Source of the DNA: Thiomonas intermedia
GTDB taxonomy: Bacteria; Pseudomonadota; Gammaproteobacteria; Burkholderiales; Burkholderiaceae_C
Reading direction: 5' to 3'
Assembly (NCBI GenBank): GCA_022730375.1
Contig: DZDA01000001.1
Span: 4,471-68,470 of the forward strand
Length of the DNA: 64,000 nucleotides
A program made the translations under genes and the position numbers. Within the stretch, counting starts at the first letter, position 1; each line of letters opens with the position of its first letter. Below are positions 45,709 through 55,048 of this stretch, in pieces. Below the pieces are notes generated by a model that was not told the DNA's origin, did no database searches, and saw nothing but the letters and a program-made list of their open reading frames with translations.

Positions 45709-47601
45709 ATGTTTGATGCGTCTTACGCCGATTTTTATCGCCGCAGCGTCGATTCCCCCGAAGCATTCTGGGCCGAGCAGGCGCAGGCCATCGATTGGAA
45801 ACGGCCGTGGAACAGCGTGCTCGACCGCAGCAAGCCGCCATTCTCCGCCTGGTTTGCGGGGGGCTTGACCAACCTCTGTCACAACGCGGTCGACCGTCAT
45901 CTGCCGGAGCGCGCCGGGCAAGCCGCGCTGGTGTATGTGTCCACCGAAACGGGGCAGGAGGTCAGTTACAGCTACGCCGAGTTGCACCGCGAAGTGCAGA
46001 TCATGGCGGCCAGTCTGCAGAGTCTGGGCGTCACCCAGGGCGACCGGGTGCTGATCTATATGCCGATGGTTCCCGAGGCGGTGTTCGCCATGCTGGCCTG
46101 CGTGCGCCTGGGCGCGGTGCATTCCGTGGTGTTCGGCGGGTTCGCTTCGGTGAGCCTTGCTGCGCGTATCGATGATGCGCAGCCCAAAGTCATCGTTAGC
46201 GCCGACGCTGGATCGCGCGCGGGCAAGGTCGTGCCCTACAAGCCCTTGCTCGACGAAGCGCTGCGTCTGTCGCAGCACCCGCCCGAGCAGGTCATCGTGG
46301 TCGATCGCGGGCTGGCGGATTGGGCCCGGCAGGCACCGCGCGATGTTTCTTACTCCGACTTGCGCACTCGGCACGCCCAGGCGGAAGTGCCCTGCGTCTG
46401 GGTCGATTCCACCCATCCGAGCTACATCCTCTACACCTCGGGCACGACGGGTAAACCCAAGGGAGTGCAGCGCGATACCGGGGGGTATGCCGTGGCGCTG
46501 CAACTGTCCATGCGAGTGATTTTCGGCGGACAGCCCGGGGAGACGTTTTTCAGTACGAGCGACATCGGCTGGGTCGTGGGGCATAGCTACATCGTGTACG
46601 CGCCCTTGCTCACCGGCATGACCACCATTCTGTACGAGGGCACACCCATCCGCCCGGATGCCGCTGTATTCTGGCGCATCGTCGAGCAGTATCGCGTCAA
46701 TCAGCTGTTCTCCGCCCCAACCGCCATGCGCGTGCTCAAGCGCCATGACCCCGCGCTGTTGCAGCGGCACGATCTGTCGAGCCTGCGCGCCATTTTTCTC
46801 GCAGGCGAGCCGCTGGACGAGCCCACCGGCCGCTGGGCCGCCGAATCGCTGGGCAAGCCGGTGATCGACAACTATTGGCAAACCGAAACCGGCTGGCCCA
46901 TTCTGGCAACCCCGCTGGGATTTCCCGATGTGGCTTCTCGCATGGGCTCCCCCGGCGTTTCCATGCCGGGCTACAAGGTCTGCCTGCGCAATGAAACAGA
47001 CGGCGAGCCGATCGCCTCCAGCGAAAAAGGCGTGGTGGCGATCGACTGGCCGCTGCCGCCCGGCTGTCTGCAAACCATCTGGGGCGACGACGCCCGCTTT
47101 GTTCATACCTACTGGAGTACATACCCGAACCGGCAGGTGTATTCCACCTTCGACTGGGGCCGTCAGGATGCCGACGGCTATCTCTACATCCTCGGCCGCA
47201 CCGACGATGTCATCAATGTGGCCGGCCATCGGCTCGGCACGCGCGAAATCGAAGAGAGCATCAGCGCGCATCCCGCAGTGGCCGAGGTGGCCGTCGTGGG
47301 CGTGCAGGACGCACTCAAAGGGCAAGCCGCCTGGGCCTTCGTGGTTCTGCGTCCGGGGCAGGACAAGGTGACTCCGCAGGCCCATCAGACCTCCATCGCC
47401 GCCCATGTCGATGCCCAACTCGGCGCCGTCGCCCGACCCCAGCGCATCTGCCTGGTGACGGCCCTGCCCAAGACCCGATCAGGCAAAATGTTGCGCCGCG
47501 CGATCCAGGCGATTTGCGAAGGCCGTGACCCCGGCGACCTCACTACACTGGAAGACCCGCTTGCCCTCCAGCAAATTCCTGATGCAATTGCACGCAGCTA
47601 A
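45709..47601 (+). CDS. prpE: Propionate--CoA ligase
   Basis: YTSGTTGKPKGVQRDTGGY, DNYWQTETGW, KTRSGKMLRR, DPGDLTTLED. Confidence 0.92.
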   Translation: MFDASYADFYRRSVDSPEAFWAEQAQAIDWKRPWNSVLDRSKPPFSAWFAGGLTNLCHNAVDRHLPERAGQAALVYVSTETGQEVSYSYAELHREVQIMAASLQSLGVTQGDRVLIYMPMVPEAVFAMLACVRLGAVHSVVFGGFASVSLAARIDDAQPKVIVSADAGSRAGKVVPYKPLLDEALRLSQHPPEQVIVVDRGLADWARQAPRDVSYSDLRTRHAQAEVPCVWVDSTHPSYILYTSGTTGKPKGVQRDTGGYAVALQLSMRVIFGGQPGETFFSTSDIGWVVGHSYIVYAPLLTGMTTILYEGTPIRPDAAVFWRIVEQYRVNQLFSAPTAMRVLKRHDPALLQRHDLSSLRAIFLAGEPLDEPTGRWAAESLGKPVIDNYWQTETGWPILATPLGFPDVASRMGSPGVSMPGYKVCLRNETDGEPIASSEKGVVAIDWPLPPGCLQTIWGDDARFVHTYWSTYPNRQVYSTFDWGRQDADGYLYILGRTDDVINVAGHRLGTREIEESISAHPAVAEVAVVGVQDALKGQAAWAFVVLRPGQDKVTPQAHQTSIAAHVDAQLGAVARPQRICLVTALPKTRSGKMLRRAIQAICEGRDPGDLTTLEDPLALQQIPDAIARS

Positions 47602-47664
47602 CTAGGGAAACTCCTAGCCGCCAAGGGTGGACAAGCCCCGTCAGGGTTTGAAAAATATCAGTGC

Positions 47665-47678
47665 TTGCTTATAAGCAA
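47665..47678. promoter_or_regulatory. Perfect palindrome, candidate ArsR/SoxR-type operator
   Basis: TTGCTTATAAGCAA directly upstream of the ArsR start codon. Confidence 0.55.
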
Positions 47679-47684
47679 ATTCAT

Positions 47685-48083
47685 ATGCCACAAACTGACA
47701 CGCTCCCGGAACTGGTGACGTCGCCCGCAGATGATCTCTCGGTCGACGCGGACCGGGTGTTCGATTCCGCCGCCGAGCTCTTCGGCGTCCTCGCCACCCC
47801 CCTGCGCTTGCGCATCCTCAATTCCATCTGTACAGGCGAAAAAAGCGTGACAGAAATCATGGACTCGGTCGATTCGACCCAGCCCAACGTGTCCCAGCAT
47901 CTCAAGGTGTTGTATCAAGCCGGTGTGGTCGCCAAGCGCCGCGTCGGCAATCTGGTTTATTACCGTGTGCAGAGCGAGAAGGCAGTGCAGTTGTGCCGGA
48001 CCGTGTGTACTCAAATTGCCATCGAGCTCGACGATCCTGAATCGGTTTCGCAAGCGGATCGTTTGGCCCGACGTGCTTACTAA
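47685..48083 (+). CDS. ArsR/SmtB-family regulator heading the sox cluster (sulfur-oxidation SoxR-like)
   Basis: FGVLATPLRLRIL, TQPNVSQHLKVL, RRVGNLVYY; three Cys; immediately upstream of soxC. Confidence 0.85.
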   Translation: MPQTDTLPELVTSPADDLSVDADRVFDSAAELFGVLATPLRLRILNSICTGEKSVTEIMDSVDSTQPNVSQHLKVLYQAGVVAKRRVGNLVYYRVQSEKAVQLCRTVCTQIAIELDDPESVSQADRLARRAY

Positions 48084-48097
48084 GAGCGAGAAAGAGG

Positions 48098-49477
48098 ATG
48101 AGTGACTACACAAAAATGCTAGGCCGGCTGCGTAAAGCACCGGACCACTTTCTGAATTCTGAGCAGGTTGCTCAGGTTCAGGCAGGCCGCCGCGATTTTT
48201 TGCGTAAAGCGTTTCTGACGGCCAGCGCCACCATGGCCGCTGGCGGTGCAGCGAACGTCTACGCAGCCGATCGCAAGGACTGGGAGGGTGACAAGGGCAG
48301 CAAGTTCATCCTCAAAGACCCGGAGTGGGGCACCACCCTGGGCCGCGGTGTGGACGAGCCTCCTTATGGCATGCCGGTCAAGTACGAAAAAAACCTCGTG
48401 CGCCGCATCAGCCCGGGCCTAGCTGCGGTCACGCAGGCCAACGTAGCGTTTGCGCCGCTGCAAGGTATGTTCGGCATCATCACCCCGGCCGGTCTGCATT
48501 TCAACCGCTCGCACCAGGGTTGGTACGAAATCAACCCGGAAGAGTTCCGCCTGATGGTCATGGGCGAGAAAGGGCTGATCAAGAACCCTAAGGTGTATTC
48601 CGTGGGCGACATCATGCGCATGCAGCCTGTCTCCCGCATTCACTTCATCGAGTGCGGCGCCAATACGGCGATGGAGTGGGGCAATGTTGCCGTGCCAACG
48701 GTGCAGTACACCCATGGCATGGTGTCGTGCAGCGAGTTCACCGGCGTTCCGCTGATCGATCTGCTGGAAGACTGCGGCGCCGACCTCAAGGGCGTGCGCT
48801 TCATCATGGCTGAAGGCGCGGACGGCTCTCACGAAAACCGCACCATTCCCATGTCGCTTGTGTTGTCCGGCGAAGTTCTGGTGGCATACGGACAGAACGG
48901 TGAAATGCTCCGCGCCGAGAACGGTTATCCGCTGCGCCTGGTGGTGCCCGGGGTTGAAGGTGTGTCGCAGATCAAATATCTGCGCCGCATCAAACTCGGC
49001 CGCGCACCTTTCGCCACCAAGGACGAAGTGCTGGGCTACGTCGACATGATGCCTGATGGCATCCAGCGCCAATACACCTCCGTCATGGAGTGCAAATCGG
49101 TCATCACCTCGCCCTCAGGCGGTCAAGTGCTGATGGATAAAGGTGTATATAACGTCACGGGTTTGGCCTGGTCGGGGCGTGGCAAGATCAAGCGTGTCGA
49201 TGTGTCCTTCGACGGCGGCATCAGCTGGAAGCCCGCCCGTGTGGAGGGTCCGGTGCAGAACAAGGCACTCACGCGTTTCAACATCCCCTGGACGTGGAAT
49301 GGCAAATCCGCCTTCCTGCAAAGTCGCGCTGTGGACGAAACCGGCATGGTGCAGCCCACCTATCAGGAGCTGCGCAAAATTCGCGGCACCCGTTCGGTCT
49401 ACCACAACAACGCAATTCAAACCTGGCAAGTTGAAGAAACTGGAGATATTCGCAATGTCCAACTCGCGAATTCGTAA
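48098..49477 (+). CDS. soxC: Sulfane dehydrogenase molybdopterin subunit
   Basis: Tat motif RRDFL, GIITPAGLHF, FIECGAN (Mo ligand Cys), ENGYPLRLVVPG. Confidence 0.95.
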   Translation: MSDYTKMLGRLRKAPDHFLNSEQVAQVQAGRRDFLRKAFLTASATMAAGGAANVYAADRKDWEGDKGSKFILKDPEWGTTLGRGVDEPPYGMPVKYEKNLVRRISPGLAAVTQANVAFAPLQGMFGIITPAGLHFNRSHQGWYEINPEEFRLMVMGEKGLIKNPKVYSVGDIMRMQPVSRIHFIECGANTAMEWGNVAVPTVQYTHGMVSCSEFTGVPLIDLLEDCGADLKGVRFIMAEGADGSHENRTIPMSLVLSGEVLVAYGQNGEMLRAENGYPLRLVVPGVEGVSQIKYLRRIKLGRAPFATKDEVLGYVDMMPDGIQRQYTSVMECKSVITSPSGGQVLMDKGVYNVTGLAWSGRGKIKRVDVSFDGGISWKPARVEGPVQNKALTRFNIPWTWNGKSAFLQSRAVDETGMVQPTYQELRKIRGTRSVYHNNAIQTWQVEETGDIRNVQLANS

Positions 49478-50561
49478 GGCCGCGCTGGCGGTTATTTTGG
49501 GCGGGGTCTTTGTCGGCTCCGCAATGGCGGCAGGCGTGCCTGTGAACACCCGCGTCCCGGCTCACGACATCAAGACGGACGGCATGCTTGGCCGTACGGC
49601 AACCCCGGATGAAATTCAGGCATGGAACATCGACGTCCGTCCCGATTTCGCCGGTTTGCCTCCCGGTCAGGGCAGTGTGGCAACCGGAACGAAGTTGTGG
49701 GAAGCCAAATGCGCGTCCTGCCACGGCGACTTTGCCGACTCCAATGCAGTCTTCCCCCCGCTGGTCGGCGCCTACCAGGCCTCCAAGCAGGACATCAAGA
49801 CGGGCCGGGTTGCCGCACTGGTGCATGGCGGGACCTCGATTGAGCGCCTGTCCACGGTTTCGACTTTGTTCGACTACATCCACCGCGCCATGCCCTGGAA
49901 TGCGCCGCTGTCCCTGAGTTGGGATGACACGTATGCACTGGTGGCCTACCTGATGAATCTGGCCAATGTGGTGCCGAGCAATTTCGTTCTCACCCGCGAC
50001 AATGTGCAACAAGTCCAGGACATGTTGCCCAACCGCAATGGCATGACCTGGAACCACGGCATGTGGCCCGGCAAAGAGATCGGAAATGGGGGTATCCCGG
50101 ATACCCACAACGTCGAATGCATGAAAGACTGCGCTCCAAAGCCCAAGGTCGAAACCTTCATCCCTGCCTACGCCATGAATACCTGGGGCAATCTGGCTGA
50201 TGAAACCCGCCCTTGGGGTCCGATCCGCGGTTTGGTGACGGTCTCCCAGGCCGAGTTGAAAAAAGCCGAGGAGAAAAAAGCATCGGCAGCCAATGACCCC
50301 AATGCCAAGGTGATTGCGTTGATCAAGGGCAGTGGCTGTATTGCCTGCCACAGCTTTGGCGACAACAAGCTGGTTGGGCCGGGTTACAAGGAAATTGCCG
50401 GCAAATATGCTGGTAAAAAGGACATGGTTGCCGAGCTGACGACACGCATCATCAAGGGTGGCTCAGGAGTTTGGGGATCGATTCCCATGCCGCCGCAGAC
50501 CATCAGCGAAGCGGATGCCAAGATGATTGCCGAATGGGTTGTCGACGGCGCCAAGCAGTAA
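49455..50561 (+). CDS. soxD: Sulfane dehydrogenase diheme cytochrome c subunit
   Basis: CASCH and CIACH, WNIDVRPD, DYIHRAMP, PNRNG. Confidence 0.93.
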   Translation: MSNSRIRKAALAVILGGVFVGSAMAAGVPVNTRVPAHDIKTDGMLGRTATPDEIQAWNIDVRPDFAGLPPGQGSVATGTKLWEAKCASCHGDFADSNAVFPPLVGAYQASKQDIKTGRVAALVHGGTSIERLSTVSTLFDYIHRAMPWNAPLSLSWDDTYALVAYLMNLANVVPSNFVLTRDNVQQVQDMLPNRNGMTWNHGMWPGKEIGNGGIPDTHNVECMKDCAPKPKVETFIPAYAMNTWGNLADETRPWGPIRGLVTVSQAELKKAEEKKASAANDPNAKVIALIKGSGCIACHSFGDNKLVGPGYKEIAGKYAGKKDMVAELTTRIIKGGSGVWGSIPMPPQTISEADAKMIAEWVVDGAKQ

Positions 50562-50610
50562 TACGTTATCTAGATACAGGGTTGCCCTGTTCACTTTAAG
50601 GAGAAGACTG

Positions 50611-51084
50611 ATGAATCAAACTCGTCGCCAGGTCATGCAGATCGGTGCAGGCGCAGCCGCCTTGGGCGTTGCTGCAACGGCTGGTCTCATGCCCAACGTC
50701 GCCCTCGCTGCAGACGCCCCGGGCTGGAATGCTCCGCTTTTCGATGCCAAATCCTTTGCGGATGCGGTCAAGATCTGGGGTGGCACGCCCACCGAGAGTA
50801 CGGATGTCACCATCATCGGCCCGGACATCGCTGAAAACGGCGCCGTGGTTCCTGTCGGTGTCAAGAGCAACGCTGCTGGCACAACGGCACTTGCCATCAT
50901 GGTCGAGAAAAACCCGACCACAATGGCCGCCATGTTCAATATGACCGACGCTTCCTTGCCGAATGTCGCAACCCGCATCAAAATGGCGCAAACTTGCAAT
51001 GTTTACGCTGTGGCGAAAGTCGGCGACAAGCTGCTGTTCAGCAAAAAAGAAATCAAGGTCACGCTGGGCGGGTGTGGCGGTTAA
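50611..51084 (+). CDS. soxY: Sulfur carrier protein
   Basis: Tat signal TRRQ, PDIAENGAVVP, C-terminal VTLGGCGG. Confidence 0.97.
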   Translation: MNQTRRQVMQIGAGAAALGVAATAGLMPNVALAADAPGWNAPLFDAKSFADAVKIWGGTPTESTDVTIIGPDIAENGAVVPVGVKSNAAGTTALAIMVEKNPTTMAAMFNMTDASLPNVATRIKMAQTCNVYAVAKVGDKLLFSKKEIKVTLGGCGG

Positions 51085-51160
51085 TCGTCGCGCAGCTCTT
51101 GCATTGAACTCTTCCGAATTTGCTGCCAACCAGCATTCACCCAATTAAAGGAGTAACACT

Positions 51161-51472
51161 ATGGCTTTCCCGATGCGTATGCGGGCAAACGTCGAAGGCG
51201 ACGCAGTTGTGGTTCGCGTGCTGATGACCCACCCAGAAGAAACTGGCTTGCTGAAAGACAAGGCTGGCGCGGTGATTCCCGCTCACTTCATTCAGTCCGT
51301 GACCTGCAAAAATAACGATAAAACCGTTCTGACCTGCGATTGGGGCACGGCAATTTCCAAGAACCCGTTCCTGGAATTCCGCTTCAAGGGCGGCAAGTCC
51401 GGCGACAAAGTGACCGTGTCCTGGATCGATAACAAGGGCGACACGTCCACTGCAGACACCACGGTGTCCTGA
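51161..51472 (+). CDS. soxZ: Sulfur carrier partner subunit
   Basis: LMTHPEETG, PAHFIQ, ISKNPF, WIDNKG. Confidence 0.96.
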   Translation: MAFPMRMRANVEGDAVVVRVLMTHPEETGLLKDKAGAVIPAHFIQSVTCKNNDKTVLTCDWGTAISKNPFLEFRFKGGKSGDKVTVSWIDNKGDTSTADTTVS

Positions 51473-51480
51473 TGTCTTTC

Positions 51481-51508
51481 ATGCGCGAAGCCGCAAGGCT
51501 TCGCGCAT
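51481..51508 (+). terminator. Intra-operon hairpin after soxZ (stabiliser or weak terminator)
   Basis: ATGCGCGAAGCC-GCAA-GGCTTCGCGCAT; perfect 12-bp stem with GNRA loop. Confidence 0.55.
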
Positions 51509-51537
51509 TCTGGTTTATTCACCGCTGCGAGGAGACT

Positions 51538-52383
51538 ATGAGAAACCGTACAAAAAAGACGGCCATCTTGGCCGGGGTTGCGCTACCCGCCATGCTGTGG
51601 GTCGGAGGATTTGCCACTCAGGCAAATGCGGCCTCAATCACCACTGAGGGCAATCAATACCTTGCCCTCATGAACGAGATGGGCGGCAATCCCGCTGATT
51701 TCAATATCGACGATGGCAAGAAGCTTTGGGCCGAAAAACGCGGCCCCAAGAATGCCTCAATGGAACAATGCAACCTGGGCCTGGGCCCGGGCGTTCTCAA
51801 AGGCGCTTATGCCCAGTTGCCACGCTATTTTGCGGACACGGGAAAAGTGCAGGATCTGCAGTCCCGTTTGGTCACCTGCATGGTGAATCTCCAGGGATTT
51901 ACGGCGGCAGAGGCAATGCACGATCCGTTCAATAAAAAGGGCGGAAATGCTACCGACATTGCGAATTTGGCTTTGTATGTAGCCAAACAGTCCGATGGGA
52001 TGAAGATCGATATCCCGCAGAATGCCGCTCAGGAAAAACTTTCCTACGAAAACGGCAAGAAACTCTTTTTCTATCGTGGCGGGCCTTTCAGCTTTTCCTG
52101 CGCAACCTGCCACTCGGAAAGCGATAAGCGAATCAAAATCTCTGCGTTGCCAAATTTGACGATGACTGGCCCGAACGGCGCAGCTAAGTCATATGCAACG
52201 TGGCCAGCTTATCCCAACTCACAAGGGGTGGCCCGTACGCTTGAATGGCGTATGTTGGCGTGTTTCCGCCAGCAGCGTTTCCCTGCGCCTAAATACACGT
52301 CCAATGCGGTGATCGATCTGATTACCTATATGGGTGTGAATTCAAATGGCCAAACGCTGCATACGCCAACCTTCAAGCGCTAA
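51538..52383 (+). CDS. soxA: SoxAX cytochrome subunit A (monoheme)
   Basis: AYAQLPRYF, single CATCH, WPAY, active-site RMLACFRQQR. Confidence 0.94.
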   Translation: MRNRTKKTAILAGVALPAMLWVGGFATQANAASITTEGNQYLALMNEMGGNPADFNIDDGKKLWAEKRGPKNASMEQCNLGLGPGVLKGAYAQLPRYFADTGKVQDLQSRLVTCMVNLQGFTAAEAMHDPFNKKGGNATDIANLALYVAKQSDGMKIDIPQNAAQEKLSYENGKKLFFYRGGPFSFSCATCHSESDKRIKISALPNLTMTGPNGAAKSYATWPAYPNSQGVARTLEWRMLACFRQQRFPAPKYTSNAVIDLITYMGVNSNGQTLHTPTFKR

Positions 52384-52398
52384 GAGCGAGGAGACAAC

Positions 52399-53049
52399 AT
52401 GAAAAGATCTACTTTGTTCGTACTCATGACGGCAGCGGCAGGAGTTCTTGGCGGCTGCGCGGGCATGAATCAATCCGCCTCTGAGGGAGGCAACCCGTTT
52501 GCAACGGCATCCTTCCAGAGTATTCTGAAAAACGACTTTGCCCCCAAGGGCCAGGCCAAACTTGATCGCCTGGTTCAGACCAAGCAGCAGTATGAGTGCT
52601 CGAAATACGAGTATCTCGGCAAGCCCATGCCCGCCACCTTGAGTAAAAAACTTGAATCCGAGGCGATGGCAGGTGTTGTCTATCCCAAGGATGGCAAGTT
52701 TCTGGGTGACTGGAAGGCTGGTTTGAAGATTGCTCAGGATGGCAAGGGCATGCAGTGGAGTGATAAGCCGGATGTGCCTAGCGGCGGAAATTGCCTGGCC
52801 TGCCATGAAATGGTCAAGAATGATCCTTCGCAAGGAAATATCGGTCCGTCACTGCTGGACTACGGAAAGCTTCGTGGCAATAGTGAAGCGATTCTCAAGT
52901 ACACATGGGGTCGCCTGTATGACTCTGCGGCGTACAACGCATGCAGCTGGATGCCATCTTTTGGCGCACACCATATCCTGACCGAGCAGCAAATGAAGGA
53001 CGTGATGGCGCTTTTGATGGATCCGAAGTCGCCTGTCAACGCAAACTAA
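52399..53049 (+). CDS. soxX: SoxAX cytochrome subunit X
   Basis: GGNCLACH, GNIGPSL, MPSFG, DPKSPVN. Confidence 0.94.
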   Translation: MKRSTLFVLMTAAAGVLGGCAGMNQSASEGGNPFATASFQSILKNDFAPKGQAKLDRLVQTKQQYECSKYEYLGKPMPATLSKKLESEAMAGVVYPKDGKFLGDWKAGLKIAQDGKGMQWSDKPDVPSGGNCLACHEMVKNDPSQGNIGPSLLDYGKLRGNSEAILKYTWGRLYDSAAYNACSWMPSFGAHHILTEQQMKDVMALLMDPKSPVNAN

Positions 53050-53074
53050 TAATAAAAAACTTAATTTGAGTGGT

Positions 53075-53118
53075 GCCCGCCTGATCGCTATTGATTTGGC
53101 GGGCTTTTTATTTTTTTG
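53075..53118 (+). terminator. Intrinsic terminator-like hairpin between soxX and soxB
   Basis: GCCCGCC...GGCGGGC stem followed by TTTTTATTTTTTT. Confidence 0.65.
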
Positions 53119-53132
53119 ATGAGGATATTTGA

Positions 53133-54872
53133 ATGAGCCTGACCCGTCGTGAATTTATGGGCGTATTGGCAGCTGCTGCGGCCACTGGTTTTCCCATGAC
53201 CCGCGAGGCAACCGCCGCGGAAGTCAAAAGCCTGTACAGCCCGCCCAAGAGTGGCAATGTGCATTTTCTGCACATGACGGATAGTCACGCGCATTTGCGT
53301 CCCGTGTATTTCCGTGAGCCGAATGTGAATATCGGTATTGCCGGAATGGAAGGGCACCTGCCCCACCTCGTGGGCACGAATTATCTGAAGCGGGTCGGCT
53401 TCAAGCCGAATACCCGTGAATCTTTTGGTTTCACCTATCTCGATTTCGAGCGTGCAGCCAAACAGTACGGAAAGATGGGCGGCTATGCCCATATCGCGAC
53501 CCTGGTGAAGCAGTTGAAAGCGTCGCGCCCCGGCGCTCTGCTGCTCGACGGCGGCGATACCTGGCAGGGTACGGCACTGTCGCTGTGGACCAAGGGGCAG
53601 GACATGGTCGACGCTCAGTTGAAACTGGGTGTGGACGTGATGACGGCGCACTGGGAATTCACCTACGGCCAAGACCGCGTGAAAGAGATCGTCAACAAGG
53701 ATTTCAAGGGCAAGATCGATTTTGTCGCCCAGAACGTGAAAACGGCCGACTTCGGCGACCCGGTCTTTCCGAACTATGTGATGAAGCAGATGAATGGCGT
53801 GCAGGTCGCCATCATCGGGCAGGCTTTTCCCTACACGCCGATCGCCAACCCGGGCTATCTGATCCCCGACTGGACTTTTGGTATTGATACCGATCACATG
53901 CAGAAAGTGGTCAAGGAAGTGAAGCAGAAGGGCGCCCAGCTGGTTGTGGTGATCTCTCACAACGGTATGGACGTCGACCGCAAGATGGCCAGCCTGGTGG
54001 AGGGCATCGACTGCATCTTCGGTGGACACACCCATGATGGCGAAGCCGTCGCGGTGGAAATCCGCCGTCCTTCTGGCGGTATGACCCTGGTGACCAACGC
54101 CGGCTCTCACGGCAAGTTCATGGGCGTGATGGACTTCGATATTCGCGGCGGCAAGATGGTGGGCTACAAGTACAAGCTCCTGCCTGTGTTCTCCGAGTTG
54201 CTGCCAGCCGATCCTGAAATGGAGGCCTTGATCACCAAGGTGCGCGCGCCGTACGAGAGCAAGCTGACGGAAGTGCTGGCGCACACCGAAGGTTTGCTGT
54301 ATCGCCGTGGCAATTTCAACGGTACCTGGGACCAACTGGTGGTCGATGCGATGCTGGCCGTTCGTGGCGGCGATCTCGCGTTTTCGCCAGGTTTCCGCTG
54401 GGGCGGCAGCCTGCTGGCCGGCGCGCCCATCACCCGCGAGGACATGATGACGCAGCTGGCGATCACCTATCCGTACTGCACCCTGTCCGAGATGACGGGC
54501 GAGACGGTCAAGAACGTGATGGAAGACGTCTGCGACAACCTGTTCAATCCGGACCCTTACTACCAGCAGGGCGGTGACATGGTGCGTCTGGGCGCACTGG
54601 AATACAGCTGTGCCCCGAAAGAAAAAATGGGCAACCGCATCCAGGATATGCGTCTGGGTGGCAAGCCGCTCGACCCGAAGAAGACCTACAAGGTTGCAGG
54701 ATGGGCGCCGGTTCAGCAGGCCAGCGCCACGCCGGAAAACCCGCCGATCTGGGATATCGTCGAGGAGTATCTCAAGCACCAGAAGGTCATCAAGCCCTTG
54801 AAGGTGAACGAGCCCAAGCTCATCGGCGTGAAGGGCAATCCGGGCCTGGCGAACTACAACAAGATGTTCTGA
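53133..54872 (+). CDS. soxB: Thiosulfohydrolase
   Basis: Tat TRREF, TDSHAHL, YFREP, DGGDTWQG, HWEF, GGHTHD, DPYYQQGGDMVR. Confidence 0.97.
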   Translation: MSLTRREFMGVLAAAAATGFPMTREATAAEVKSLYSPPKSGNVHFLHMTDSHAHLRPVYFREPNVNIGIAGMEGHLPHLVGTNYLKRVGFKPNTRESFGFTYLDFERAAKQYGKMGGYAHIATLVKQLKASRPGALLLDGGDTWQGTALSLWTKGQDMVDAQLKLGVDVMTAHWEFTYGQDRVKEIVNKDFKGKIDFVAQNVKTADFGDPVFPNYVMKQMNGVQVAIIGQAFPYTPIANPGYLIPDWTFGIDTDHMQKVVKEVKQKGAQLVVVISHNGMDVDRKMASLVEGIDCIFGGHTHDGEAVAVEIRRPSGGMTLVTNAGSHGKFMGVMDFDIRGGKMVGYKYKLLPVFSELLPADPEMEALITKVRAPYESKLTEVLAHTEGLLYRRGNFNGTWDQLVVDAMLAVRGGDLAFSPGFRWGGSLLAGAPITREDMMTQLAITYPYCTLSEMTGETVKNVMEDVCDNLFNPDPYYQQGGDMVRLGALEYSCAPKEKMGNRIQDMRLGGKPLDPKKTYKVAGWAPVQQASATPENPPIWDIVEEYLKHQKVIKPLKVNEPKLIGVKGNPGLANYNKMF

Positions 54873-54892
54873 TCTCGCTGATTGCAGTGCAT

Positions 54893-54927
54893 AAGCGGCC
54901 CGCTCGACGCAGCGGGCCGTTTGCTTT
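54893..54927 (+). terminator. Terminator after soxB
   Basis: AAGCGGCCCGCT/AGCGGGCCGTTT stem followed by a T-rich tail. Confidence 0.7.
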
Positions 54928-55048
54928 GGCTGCGAGCATCCTGCGTTTAGTCGCTACTTGAGAAACACAAGCCAAGTTTTTGATCTTGCTTGTTATTGCA
55001 GCCTTTGATAGGCTGGTCACATTATTTTCATCTTGCCTTGCGGTCGTC

